A DNA stretch of 64,000 nt from assembly GCF_030013595.1 (NCBI RefSeq), contig NZ_CP122768.1. The stretch is one strand, 5' to 3'. The notes under the pieces were generated by a model, which was given only the letters and a program-made list of their open reading frames with translations, made no database searches and was not told the DNA's origin. This DNA comes from Escherichia coli (GTDB taxonomy: Bacteria; Pseudomonadota; Gammaproteobacteria; Enterobacterales; Enterobacteriaceae). The translations under genes were made by a program, and so were the position numbers. This document shows, in pieces, positions 22,247 to 32,242 of the stretch (its first letter is position 1; each line of letters starts with the position of its first letter).

Positions 22247-22470
22247 GGTTTGGCGGGAAATATAAAAAAATGTGAGGCGGCTCGAAACTTAGGAGCTTTT
22301 TGTGAATGAACTCACAGGTGCCAAATGAGAATTAAAATCACTCCTGAAAATTATTATTGCCAGCCCATTTATCACTTTTTCTCTTTTCTCAAAATCAGTG
22401 ATTCCTTATCATTATGATAAAGAGTGCTGGAGGGATTAAATATTTGAACGCAATCGTTTAACTACATTTT

Positions 22471-23049
22471 CTAAATTTTAGTATACCTTTTTTGCGCTGT
22501 AATAAAGTCGTCCGGAGTATCAATATCTAAAATTATTTCTGCATTTTCTATTTCGACGGAATAATGATCTCCCATAAGGAGTGCCTGACGCATATTGGTG
22601 ATATTGGGACGCTGGATTGCCTGCATCAGGCATGGCTTTGACACTAAAATCGGATGGCCGGGAATGCCATTATGGAGTGGCAGTATTGCGCCATCATTTC
22701 GTAACGACCAGATTTTTCTAAAAATATCGATGGTGAGGGTAGGCATGTCACCGTGGGTGAGAAAACAATATTCTGTTTTTACCGCGGGTACTGCGGCCTT
22801 TACTGATGTTAGTAAACCCTGCGCATAATCTGGGTTGTGGATAATAGTGATATTGCTCTGGTTCGCATAACGCTCGTGCAGTTCATTACCACGATAGCCG
22901 GTGACTAAAATAATTCGGCTACAAAACTGCAACGCATTTTTGATACTTGTATCAAGAATTGTTCCCTGTTGCCAGGGTAACATCATTTTCCATTGCCCCA
23001 TTCTTGATGATAATCCGGCAGCGGTAATTATACAGTCGATGGCTGACAT
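22471..23049 (-). CDS. mocA: Molybdenum cofactor cytidylyltransferase
   Basis: 192-aa ORF, MSAIDCIITAAGLSSRMGQWKMMLPW...; nucleotidyltransferase fold. Confidence 0.9.
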   Translation of the reverse strand: MSAIDCIITAAGLSSRMGQWKMMLPWQQGTILDTSIKNALQFCSRIILVTGYRGNELHERYANQSNITIIHNPDYAQGLLTSVKAAVPAVKTEYCFLTHGDMPTLTIDIFRKIWSLRNDGAILPLHNGIPGHPILVSKPCLMQAIQRPNITNMRQALLMGDHYSVEIENAEIILDIDTPDDFITAQKRYTKI

Positions 23050-23151
23050 AGTGGTTCCATTATTTATAGGGGCTAATAACGCCTGATAATTGCGTTACTT
23101 CCTGATGGATTAAGTTGGGGATAATTTATCCCAGAGAGGTCATAAAGACTC

Positions 23152-23922
23152 GTGAAAAGTATAGTTGACCCATCGGCATTATTCATTGATTTAGGCGCGC
23201 AGAAACGTCCCATTGTGATTTCTGTTGTTGGGGCTGGGGGGAAAACCAGCTTGCTTTTTTGGCTGGCAGAACTGCTCCAGGCTAGCGGCAGGCGTGTGTT
23301 AATCACGACGACGACACATATGTTTATGCCAACGTCTCACTGGCCCGTGGTTTTCTGTCGTGATCCCGCCATGCTTCCTCATGCGTCTTTTATATCCCCC
23401 ATTTCATTTTGTTTTCACAGCTGGAAAGCGAACCAGGGAAAAGTGCAGGGATTTACGCCAGAAGCGATTGATGCACTGGTACAACGATCAGAGTGTGACG
23501 TAATTCTCATTGAGGCAGATGGCTCGCGTGGAATGCCGTTAAAAGCGCCTGATGATCACGAACCTTGCATACCTAAAAGCAGTTGCTGCGTGATTGCTGT
23601 GATGGGAGGACATATTTTGGGTGCAAAAGTGAGCACAGAAAATGTCCATCGCTGGTCGCAGTTTGCTGATATTACCGGGTTAACACCTGATGCACCCTTG
23701 CAACTGAGCGATCTCGTTGCGCTGGTTCGCCACCCTCAGGGCGCGTTTAAAAACGTACCGCAAGGTTGTCGGCGAGTCTGGTTCATTAACCGTTTTTCTC
23801 AATGTGAGAATGCGATTGCGCAAAGCGAGCTCCTTCAACCGCTGCAACAACACAACGTAGAGGCAATCTGGCTGGGCGATATACAAGAACATCCTGCAAT
23901 CGCGCGCAGATTTGTGAATTAG
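23152..23922 (+). CDS. yqeC: Putative selenium-dependent hydroxylase accessory protein YqeC
   Basis: 256-aa ORF, MKSIVDPSALFIDLGAQKRPIVISVVGAGGKTSLLFWLA (P-loop-like). Confidence 0.88.
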   Translation: MKSIVDPSALFIDLGAQKRPIVISVVGAGGKTSLLFWLAELLQASGRRVLITTTTHMFMPTSHWPVVFCRDPAMLPHASFISPISFCFHSWKANQGKVQGFTPEAIDALVQRSECDVILIEADGSRGMPLKAPDDHEPCIPKSSCCVIAVMGGHILGAKVSTENVHRWSQFADITGLTPDAPLQLSDLVALVRHPQGAFKNVPQGCRRVWFINRFSQCENAIAQSELLQPLQQHNVEAIWLGDIQEHPAIARRFVN

Positions 23923-23969
23923 CGGCCCGGGTATTCCGGGTTACTGAAAGGATATCCATTGAGGTTGGT

Positions 23970-25595
23970 ATGAATATTTTCACAGAGGCTGCAAAACTCG
24001 AAGAGCAAAATTGTCCGTTTGCGATGGCGCAAATTGTTGATAGCCGAGGCTCGACTCCCCGCCATTCTGCACAAATGTTAGTGCGCGCCGATGGCTCTAT
24101 CGTCGGTACAATTGGTGGCGGAATGGTTGAGCGGAAGGTGATTGAAGAGTCGCTTCAGGCATTGCAGGAACGTAAGCCGCGATTATTCCATGGACGTATG
24201 GCTCGTAACGGTGCGGATGCTGTCGGGTCAGATTGTGGAGGTGCAATGTCAGTATTTATCAGCGTCCATGGTATGCGTCCACGTCTGGTGTTGATTGGCG
24301 CGGGGCATGTCAACCGGGCGATAGCCCAGAGTGCGGCGCTATTAGGATTTGATATTGCCGTTGCTGATATTTATCGCGAAAGCCTCAATCCTGAACTATT
24401 CCCACCATCAACCACGCTTCTCCATGCTGAGTCGTTTGGTGCGGCAGTGGAAGCACTGGATATTCGCCCTGATAATTTTGTCCTGATTGCCACGAATAAT
24501 CAGGATCGTGAAGCCCTCGACAAACTCATTGAACAGCCCATTGCATGGTTGGGGTTGCTGGCAAGTCGTCGCAAGGTTCAGCTTTTCCTGCGTCAATTGC
24601 GTGAGAAAGGCGTGGCTGAAGAACATATTGCCCGTTTACATGCGCCTGTTGGTTACAACATAGGTGCGGAAACGCCGCAGGAGATCGCCATCAGCGTGCT
24701 GGCAGAAATATTACAGGTGAAAAATAACGCGCCGGGTGGGCTGATGATGAAACCTTCTCATCCTTCCGGACACCAGCTGGTGGTGATTCGCGGTGCGGGG
24801 GATATCGCCAGTGGTGTGGCGCTACGTCTGTATCATGCGGGTTTTAAAGTGATCATGTTGGAAGTGGAAAAACCGACAGTGATTCGTTGTACCGTGGCGT
24901 TTGCCCAGGCCGTGTTCGATGGCGAAATGACGGTCGAAGGCGTCACTGCCCGCCTGGCAACCAGCTCTGCGGAAGCGATGAAACTTACCGAACGCGGATT
25001 CATCCCTGTGATGGTAGATCCCGCCTGTTCATTGCTTGATGAACTGAAACCGCTTTGCGTGGTGGACGCTATTCTGGCGAAACAGAATTTGGGGACGCGG
25101 GCAGATATGGCACCAGTAACAATCGCGCTTGGGCCGGGCTTTATTGCAGGGAAGGATTGTCATGCGGTAATTGAAACAAATCGCGGGCACTGGCTCGGTC
25201 AGGTGATTTACTCTGGTTGTGCGCAGGAGAATACCGGTGTTCCTGGCAATATTATGGGGCATACCACCCGACGGGTGATCCGTGCTCCTGCTGCAGGCAT
25301 TATGCGATCCAACGTGAAATTAGGCGATCTGGTGAAAGAGGGCGATGTGATTGCCTGGATTGGTGAGCATGAAATTAAAGCACCGTTGACGGGGATGGTG
25401 CGTGGCTTGTTGAACGACGGACTAGCAGTGGTCGGTGGTTTTAAAATTGGTGATATCGATCCTCGTGGTGAAACGGCTGATTTCACCAGCGTTTCTGATA
25501 AAGCCCGGGCGATTGGCGGCGGCGTACTTGAGGCGTTAATGATGTTGATGCATCAGGGCGTGAAAGCGACAAAAGAAGTGCTGGAAGTGGCTTAA
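23970..25595 (+). CDS. yqeB: XdhC/CoxI-family molybdo-hydroxylase maturation protein YqeB
   Basis: 541-aa ORF, MNIFTEAAKLEEQNCPFAMAQIVDSRGSTPRH... Confidence 0.9.
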   Translation: MNIFTEAAKLEEQNCPFAMAQIVDSRGSTPRHSAQMLVRADGSIVGTIGGGMVERKVIEESLQALQERKPRLFHGRMARNGADAVGSDCGGAMSVFISVHGMRPRLVLIGAGHVNRAIAQSAALLGFDIAVADIYRESLNPELFPPSTTLLHAESFGAAVEALDIRPDNFVLIATNNQDREALDKLIEQPIAWLGLLASRRKVQLFLRQLREKGVAEEHIARLHAPVGYNIGAETPQEIAISVLAEILQVKNNAPGGLMMKPSHPSGHQLVVIRGAGDIASGVALRLYHAGFKVIMLEVEKPTVIRCTVAFAQAVFDGEMTVEGVTARLATSSAEAMKLTERGFIPVMVDPACSLLDELKPLCVVDAILAKQNLGTRADMAPVTIALGPGFIAGKDCHAVIETNRGHWLGQVIYSGCAQENTGVPGNIMGHTTRRVIRAPAAGIMRSNVKLGDLVKEGDVIAWIGEHEIKAPLTGMVRGLLNDGLAVVGGFKIGDIDPRGETADFTSVSDKARAIGGGVLEALMMLMHQGVKATKEVLEVA

Positions 25596-25603
25596 ATGAA
25601 AAT

Positions 25604-25632
25604 GGCCGGATGGTATTACCCACCCGGCCTTT
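25604..25632. terminator. Hairpin terminator between convergent yqeB and yqeA
   Basis: GGCCGGATGG-tatta-CCCACCCGGCC followed by TTT. Confidence 0.55.
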
Positions 25633-25635
25633 AAA

Positions 25636-26568
25636 TTACTGACAAATCACCGTTCCGGTTTTGCCTTCAATCCCTTCTTTCGCTTTGCTCAATACGGTAA
25701 TCAGTGCTTCACGACCTGCGCGAGAGCGAGCAAACGAGGCGGCAGCTTCCACTTTAGGCAGCATAGAACCTTTCGCAAAATGACCTTCTTCGATAAAGCG
25801 TTCAGCATCACTTAATGACAGGCGATCGAGCCACTGTTCATTCTCTTTACCGAAGTTAATGGCCACTTTTTCTACCGCAGTCAGAATGATCAGCATATCG
25901 GCATCAATCATTTCTGCTAAACGGGCGCTGGCCCAGTCTTTATCGATAACCGCACTGGCACCACGCAGGTGGTTACCTTCACGAATAACAGGGATACCAC
26001 CACCGCCAACGGTGATCACCACCTGGCCTGCATCTACCAACGCTTTAACCGTTTCTTTTTCAATGATATCAACCGGTTTTGGCGAGGCAACAACACGGCG
26101 ATAGCCGCGACCAGCATCTTCTTTCAGAGTGTAACCCTGTTTTGTCAGTTGCTCTGCTTCTTGCTCGGTAAAGAACGAACCGATCGGCTTGGTCGGGTTG
26201 AGGAATGCCGGGTCGTTAGCATCGACTTCGACCTGGGTAACCAGCGTTGCTACAGGTTTATTAATGCCACGAGAAAGCAGTTCTTCTCTTAATGCGTTTT
26301 GTAGATCGTAACCAATATAACCCTGGCTTAAGGCAACACAGACAGACATCGGCAGCATTGGCGAGTGCGCTTCAGTTTTTGCGGCAGCTTCAAAGGCCTG
26401 GTTAATCATGCCCACCTGTGGCCCGTTACCGTGAGTGACGATGACCTCATGTCCCTGGGCAATTAAATCAACAATTGCCTGAGAAGTAATTTTTACCGCT
26501 TTCATTTGTCCGGCCAGGTCATCGCCCAGCGCATTCCCGCCCAGGGCGAGAACAATTTTCTTACTCAT
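25636..26568 (-). CDS. yqeA: Carbamate kinase-like protein
   Basis: 310-aa ORF, MSKKIVLALGGNALGDDLAGQMKAVK... (amino-acid kinase family). Confidence 0.9.
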   Translation of the reverse strand: MSKKIVLALGGNALGDDLAGQMKAVKITSQAIVDLIAQGHEVIVTHGNGPQVGMINQAFEAAAKTEAHSPMLPMSVCVALSQGYIGYDLQNALREELLSRGINKPVATLVTQVEVDANDPAFLNPTKPIGSFFTEQEAEQLTKQGYTLKEDAGRGYRRVVASPKPVDIIEKETVKALVDAGQVVITVGGGGIPVIREGNHLRGASAVIDKDWASARLAEMIDADMLIILTAVEKVAINFGKENEQWLDRLSLSDAERFIEEGHFAKGSMLPKVEAAASFARSRAGREALITVLSKAKEGIEGKTGTVICQ

Positions 26569-26615
26569 TTTTCCTCACTCATCATTCTTGATTGTGTATA
26601 GATCCCTGGCAGTGG

Positions 26616-28001
26616 TTAGAGCACGGGAGGGACAAACGGTTTGCGTCGCAGGAAACGACCTCGCCCGGCTTTGCCTGTAAAGGTGCCGTCACAGAAAATC
26701 GTTTCACCACGGGATAAAGTTCTGACAATCGCGCCCTGACAGGTAAAACCCTCCCATGGCGAATAGTCAGCGTTGTCGTGGAGATGGCGATGCTGAATTT
26801 GTTGGCTCTGACGTGGGTCGATAATCACCACGTCGCCATCGGAACCGGGCGCTAATAATCCTTTTTGCGGCCACAGGCCAAACAGCCTGGCGGGCATCGC
26901 GCTGGTTAATTCAACAAAACGTTCCGGTGTTATACGTCCCGTCATTACGCCACTGGAAAACAGTAACTGCATGCGGTTTTCCACACCGGGTAAGCCATTT
27001 GGGCAGCGACTGAAATCGCCTTTAGAAATTTGCAGGCGTTGAGCCATCGAGAATGAGCAGTGATCGGTCGCTACCACGTCAATCGCACCATCGCTGATGC
27101 CACACCACAGTTTGTCCTGCTCGCGTACGTTACGCAGCGGTGGGCTAAGAATGAACTTCATGCCATCTTCTGTATCGTAACTGCGTTCGTCCAACAGGAG
27201 ATATTGTGGGCAGGTTTCAACCCAGACTGGCTGGTGATTCGCACGGGCAAGACGCAGATAATCCAGACCTAAGCCGTTAGACAGGTGCACGATATAGAGC
27301 GGGGCGTTACCGGCAATTTGTGCCAGGTTAATCATGCGGGCGATGGCTTCCGCTTCGCATTCCAGAGGGCGACTCAAGGCGTGATAGCGCGGCGCGGTTA
27401 ACCCTGCGGCAATAAACTCCGCCCGCTTGCTGGCGATAGCTGCATCATTTTCCGGGTGCACGGTGGTCAGCGCGCCGGACTCATGCAAGCGGCGTAACGC
27501 CTGCAAAACTTCGTCATCGTTGAGTTTGTATTGATAGGTTAAATAGAGTTTAAAACTGCTCAGTCCTTCTTCGACCATCATCGGAATTTCGTCGAGGATG
27601 GCGTGATTAATGTGCTGGATCACACCGTGAAAGCTGTAGTCGATGACCGCCTTATGGGCGGCATAACCACGATAAACCTCCAGTTGATGGCGTAACCGGC
27701 AGCCATTCGGGCCAAATCCCATATGGTCAATAATGGTTGTTGTACCGCCACACGCAGCTGCGCGGGTACCGGTAAAAAAATCATCACAACTGTGCGCGAT
27801 GCCGACATCAATATTGAAATGCGTATGGACATCCACGCCGCCAGGGAAAACGTAACAGCCAGTGGCATCAATTTCTTCATACGGGAGCTGTGGCGAAATA
27901 TTGTTGCCCAACTGGCGAACAATCCCGCTTTCAATCAGCAAATCCTGTTTGGCTTGTCCATCTGCGTTAACGACAGTGCCGTTTTTGATCAATACGCGCA
28001 T
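26616..28001 (-). CDS. hyuA: D-phenylhydantoinase / dihydropyrimidinase-family amidohydrolase
   Basis: Start placed at MRVLIKNGTVVNADG (ATG 28001-27999); 461 aa; VDVHTHF metal-binding motif. Confidence 0.9.
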   Translation of the reverse strand: MRVLIKNGTVVNADGQAKQDLLIESGIVRQLGNNISPQLPYEEIDATGCYVFPGGVDVHTHFNIDVGIAHSCDDFFTGTRAAACGGTTTIIDHMGFGPNGCRLRHQLEVYRGYAAHKAVIDYSFHGVIQHINHAILDEIPMMVEEGLSSFKLYLTYQYKLNDDEVLQALRRLHESGALTTVHPENDAAIASKRAEFIAAGLTAPRYHALSRPLECEAEAIARMINLAQIAGNAPLYIVHLSNGLGLDYLRLARANHQPVWVETCPQYLLLDERSYDTEDGMKFILSPPLRNVREQDKLWCGISDGAIDVVATDHCSFSMAQRLQISKGDFSRCPNGLPGVENRMQLLFSSGVMTGRITPERFVELTSAMPARLFGLWPQKGLLAPGSDGDVVIIDPRQSQQIQHRHLHDNADYSPWEGFTCQGAIVRTLSRGETIFCDGTFTGKAGRGRFLRRKPFVPPVL

Positions 28002-28053
28002 AGCAAACTCCAAAAACCCTCCGGCGAACCGGAGGGGAATAAGTGAAGAGTAA

Positions 28054-29265
28054 TTATTCGGTTGCCAGCCAGCTTAACGGGATTGCCGCGTACATCGCGG
28101 CACAGGTCACCAGGTGAGATTTCCAGGTTTTTTCGTTAGGTGCATGCGCTTCAGGTTCTTTACCTGGGCCAAAGCCGATCACCGGAATGCCGTGACGGCC
28201 CATGATAGATACGCCGTTAGTTGAGAAGGTCCACTTATCAACAACCGGCGCTTTGCCAAACAGACCTTCGTAGGCATTCACCAGTGCTTTAACGGTGAAG
28301 TGATCTTCTTCCACTTTCCAGGTCGGGAAGTAGCATTCGGTTGGGTAAACCAGGCCAGTCCAGGACGGACGGTCGTAGTTGTACATAGAAACAACCGCGT
28401 TAGCTTTCTGTACTGCAGGCAGGGCGCGGATTTCGTCCAGCGCGCCTTCCCAGGTTTCGCCCCAGGTCAGACGGCGGTCAATAGAGACGGCGCAGCTATC
28501 TGCTACAGCGCAACGGCTTGGGGATGTGAAGAAGATTTCAGAAACGGTGAGGGTGCCTTTGCCGAGGAATTCGTCATAACCCAGACGTTGGGAGAGTTCT
28601 TGTAATTCGCCAAGAATTGGACCCATTTTGAAAATGGCGTTGTCACCGCGTTCTGGCGCAGAACCGTGGCAGCTAACACCCTGAACATCAATACGAATTT
28701 CCATACGACCGCGCTGACCACGGTATACCTGGCAGTCGGTTGGTTCGGTACTGACCACAAATTCCGGGCGAATGCCGGATTGTTCAATAATGTACTGCCA
28801 GCACAGACCGTCGCAGTCTTCTTCCTGCACAGTACCGGTAACCAGCAGGGTATATTCATCTTCCAGACCGAGGTCTTTAATGATTTTACCGGCATAAACC
28901 ATAGATGCCATGCCGCCTTCCTGGTCGGAAGTACCGCGACCACCGATCAGCTCATCAGTTTCCATGCCTTCGTACGGATCGAAGTCCCAGTTTTTGATGT
29001 TGCCAATGCCGACGGTATCAATATGAGCGTCCATTGCCACCAGACGTGGGCCGTGGCCGATATAACCGAGAACGTTGCCCATCGGGTCGATTTCAACTTT
29101 ATCGAAGCCGACTTTTTCCATCTCTTCTTTAATACGATGTACTACGCGTTTTTCGTCGCAGCTTTCACTGGGAATAGCAACCATGTCGCGCAGGAAGCGA
29201 GTCATGTCCGCCTGGTAATCTTTTGCTTTTTCAAGAATCAGTTTGAATGGAATATTCTTAGCCAT
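28054..29265 (-). CDS. ygeY: M20-family peptidase / putative selenium-metabolism hydrolase YgeY
   Basis: 403-aa [38 protein letters not shown]... Confidence 0.9.
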
Positions 29266-29322
29266 TATTTTTCTCCAGATTTTTTACTCCCCGTTTTGCA
29301 GGGAGCAGTTCCAATAGGGTGA

Positions 29323-30519
29323 TTAAGGTGCTACAGCGTGTTTGCCTTCCCAGACAACTTCGCGGTAGTGCTTCACGTCTGTGTCGCCTTCAGTGCTGAT
29401 AACCAGCACTACGGCATCTTTGTTCAGCGCCAGTTTTTCCATCAGGCTTTGACGTTGCGGGTGATAATGAACCGCTGCGAGAACGCCCAAACCGACAGCG
29501 CCGGATTCACCGGAGATGATGCGCGGGTCATTGCCGTACGGATTACCCAGCACACGCATACCTAATGCGGCAACACTGTCCTGGCAGGAGATGAATTGGG
29601 TGGCGCAGTTACGTAGGATTTCCCAGCCCAGCGGGTTAGGTTCGCCGCAGGCCAGGCCCGCCATGATGGTGGCCATATCACCGCCAACGTTGACGATGTC
29701 GCCTTTGACGCCGGAGCGATAAATACAGTCAGCTTTGTCAGGTTCAACAATAATGCTGTGCAGATTTTGCGGGCTATAGACGTCGACCAGATAACCCAGC
29801 ACACCACCGGCCATTGCACCGACACCAGCTTGCAGCAGAACGTGCGTCGGGGTTACGCCCATTTCACGCATTTGCTCGACGGCTTCATCTGCCAGTGTTG
29901 CATAGCCCTGCATGATCCAGGTTGGGATTTTGGTGTAACCTTCCCAGGCGGTATCTTGCACCACTTCCCAGCCGTGCTGCTGCGCGTGTTGCATGGTCAG
30001 GCGAACGGTATCGTCATAGTTCATATCCGTGACGATGCACTCGGCACCGAGGTTCAGAATGGCGTCAACGCGTTCCTGAGCAGAACCTTTCGGCATGTAA
30101 ATCACCGCATTCTGTCCGAGTTGCTGTGCTGCCCATGCCACACCGCGCCCGTGGTTGCCGTCGGTGGTGGTCGCGAAGGTCATTTTTTCGCCGATGGCAT
30201 TTTTCAGATGCTCAAATGACAGCGTTTCGATATCAAGATGATATTTTTCACACAATAATTGAGCGATGGCGTACGCACCGCCGAGCATTTTGAAGGCGTT
30301 CAGACCGAATCGTTTTGATTCGTCTTTGACGAGAATTTTCTTCACACCAAAAAGGTTTGCGAGATCGTCCAGCGCACAAAGCGGTGTTGGGCGATAACCA
30401 GCAATTTTCTGGTGGAACTGGCGCGCCAGTTTGGCCTGGCTTTGCGAAAAGAGCGGTGATGTTTCGCCGTTGAAAAATTTGTTATCGGCGATATCAATCT
30501 TCAATGAGAAAACGGACAT
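29323..30519 (-). CDS. ygeX: 2,3-Diaminopropionate ammonia-lyase (PLP-dependent)
   Basis: 398-aa ORF with a tryptophan-synthase-beta-like PLP fold. Confidence 0.9.
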   Translation of the reverse strand: MSVFSLKIDIADNKFFNGETSPLFSQSQAKLARQFHQKIAGYRPTPLCALDDLANLFGVKKILVKDESKRFGLNAFKMLGGAYAIAQLLCEKYHLDIETLSFEHLKNAIGEKMTFATTTDGNHGRGVAWAAQQLGQNAVIYMPKGSAQERVDAILNLGAECIVTDMNYDDTVRLTMQHAQQHGWEVVQDTAWEGYTKIPTWIMQGYATLADEAVEQMREMGVTPTHVLLQAGVGAMAGGVLGYLVDVYSPQNLHSIIVEPDKADCIYRSGVKGDIVNVGGDMATIMAGLACGEPNPLGWEILRNCATQFISCQDSVAALGMRVLGNPYGNDPRIISGESGAVGLGVLAAVHYHPQRQSLMEKLALNKDAVVLVISTEGDTDVKHYREVVWEGKHAVAP

Positions 30520-30576
30520 ATCCTATCCTTTTGGCCTCTGGAAATAGAGGGCCGACCAGCTGATCGGCCCGAGGGG

Positions 30577-31767
30577 TTATTTCACGCGTTCTTGCGCTTC
30601 TTTCAGCAGTTGCTCGAGCAGTGCACCTGGTTTGGCGTATTTGCGGGACAGGATCATCGCGGCGATGATATAAGGCTTCCAGCTGGCTTCTTTGTAGGTC
30701 GCGATACGGTATTTTTCGAATACGCCTTCAGTCACTTCACCTTCTTTGCAGGATACGCCGCTGATATCAGCTGGCAGGCAGTGCATGTACAGGGCTTCGC
30801 CATCACGGGTCAGTTCCATCATCTCTTCAGTACAATGCCAGTCTTTGTGTTGCGCGTTCTGTGCCAGACACTGTTTTTCCAGTGCTTTTAAGCCTTCGTG
30901 ATCGTTCGCACGCAGCAATTCAGTACGCTCTTCCATCACTTTGTAAGGTGCCCATGACTTCGGATAAACGATGTCTGCGTCTTTGAAGGCTTCTTCCATG
31001 CTGGTGACCTGACGGAAGCTACCGCCGGAGGCTTTAGCATTGTTTTTAGCGACTTCAACGACATCCGGGATCAGGTCGTAGCCTTCCGGATGGGCCAGGG
31101 TGACATCCATACCGAAGCGAGTCATCAGACCGATGATGCCTTGTGGTACAGAGAGCGGTTTGCCATAGCTTGGGGAGTAGGCCCAGGTCATGGCGATTTT
31201 TTTACCTTTCAGGTTTTCCAGTGAACCAAAGTGTTCACGTAACCATGCCAGGTCAGCCATTGACTGAGTCGGGTGGTCAATATCGCATTGCAGGTTCACT
31301 AAAGCCGGACGTTGCGGCAGCACACCCTGCTTGTAACCGTCATCAAGTGCAGCGCCAACTTCACGCATATAGGCGTTGCCTGCGCCCAGATACATATCGT
31401 CACGAATACCGATGGCATCGGCGCAGAAGGAGATCATATTGGCGGTTTCACGCACTGTTTCGCCGTGAGCGATTTGTGATTTGCCTTCGTCGAGATCTTG
31501 CTGTGCAAGGCCGAGCAGGTTAAGCGCGGAAGCATAAGAGAAACGGGTACGGGTGGAGTTGTCGCGGAATACGGAAATACCTAATCCACTATTAAAGACT
31601 TTGGTTGAGATGTTTTCAGCACGCAGTGCTTTTAATGCTGCGGCAACGTCCAGTACTTGTTTCAGTTCATCTGGCGTCTGTTCCCACGTTAACAAAAAAT
31701 CTTTCTCGTGAAGGTGAGAGGTCAGCGAATTGATATCCTTAATCAGCTCATTAACAGTTTTCATCAT
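30577..31767 (-). CDS. ygeW: Putative carbamoyltransferase YgeW (transcarbamylase fold)
   Basis: 396-aa ORF, MMKTVNELIKDINSLTSHLHEKDFLLTWEQTPDELKQ... Confidence 0.9.
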   Translation of the reverse strand: MMKTVNELIKDINSLTSHLHEKDFLLTWEQTPDELKQVLDVAAALKALRAENISTKVFNSGLGISVFRDNSTRTRFSYASALNLLGLAQQDLDEGKSQIAHGETVRETANMISFCADAIGIRDDMYLGAGNAYMREVGAALDDGYKQGVLPQRPALVNLQCDIDHPTQSMADLAWLREHFGSLENLKGKKIAMTWAYSPSYGKPLSVPQGIIGLMTRFGMDVTLAHPEGYDLIPDVVEVAKNNAKASGGSFRQVTSMEEAFKDADIVYPKSWAPYKVMEERTELLRANDHEGLKALEKQCLAQNAQHKDWHCTEEMMELTRDGEALYMHCLPADISGVSCKEGEVTEGVFEKYRIATYKEASWKPYIIAAMILSRKYAKPGALLEQLLKEAQERVK

Positions 31768-32242
31768 AAAGTCCCGGTAGTGGAATGACAGGCAAAGAGG
31801 TTTATTTCACTGTGACTTGCCAAAGTGATTGGTGTTTTCACAGCTATACCTGGGACTAACAATAAGTGTGCCAGAATTATCCGCGCGGCTGCAAAAGACT
31901 AATTTGACGGATAATGTGTGGGGTTGATCACAAATTGATGCCAGCTTCTGGTTGTTTGTAAAATACGAAAACGTTTGGCTTTTTTTATCGCGTTATTTAT
32001 TTGCTGCTAAGTATCAGAAATAAGATAAAGGAACAGGCGCTCTCTCTTCAGTTTGATAAACTCACCGCCGTAATTCTCATATTGATATAGAAATGTGATA
32101 TCTCTTCCATAATTTCATTAGAAAGTGATAAAAATCTTATGTTTTTATCAAAGCCAATTTCGCCTGAGTTAATATCATCATGATCTGTGAACCATCAACG
32201 TCTTCAATGATCGACTTTTAAGTAAGTCTGGAAGGTAAAGCT

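Noticed and set aside
31859-31875. Sigma-54 promoter for ygeW
   Set aside because: The -24 element is perfect (CTGGCACA) but the -12 element reads TTGT rather than TTGC; too weak to call as a feature without a transcription start site.
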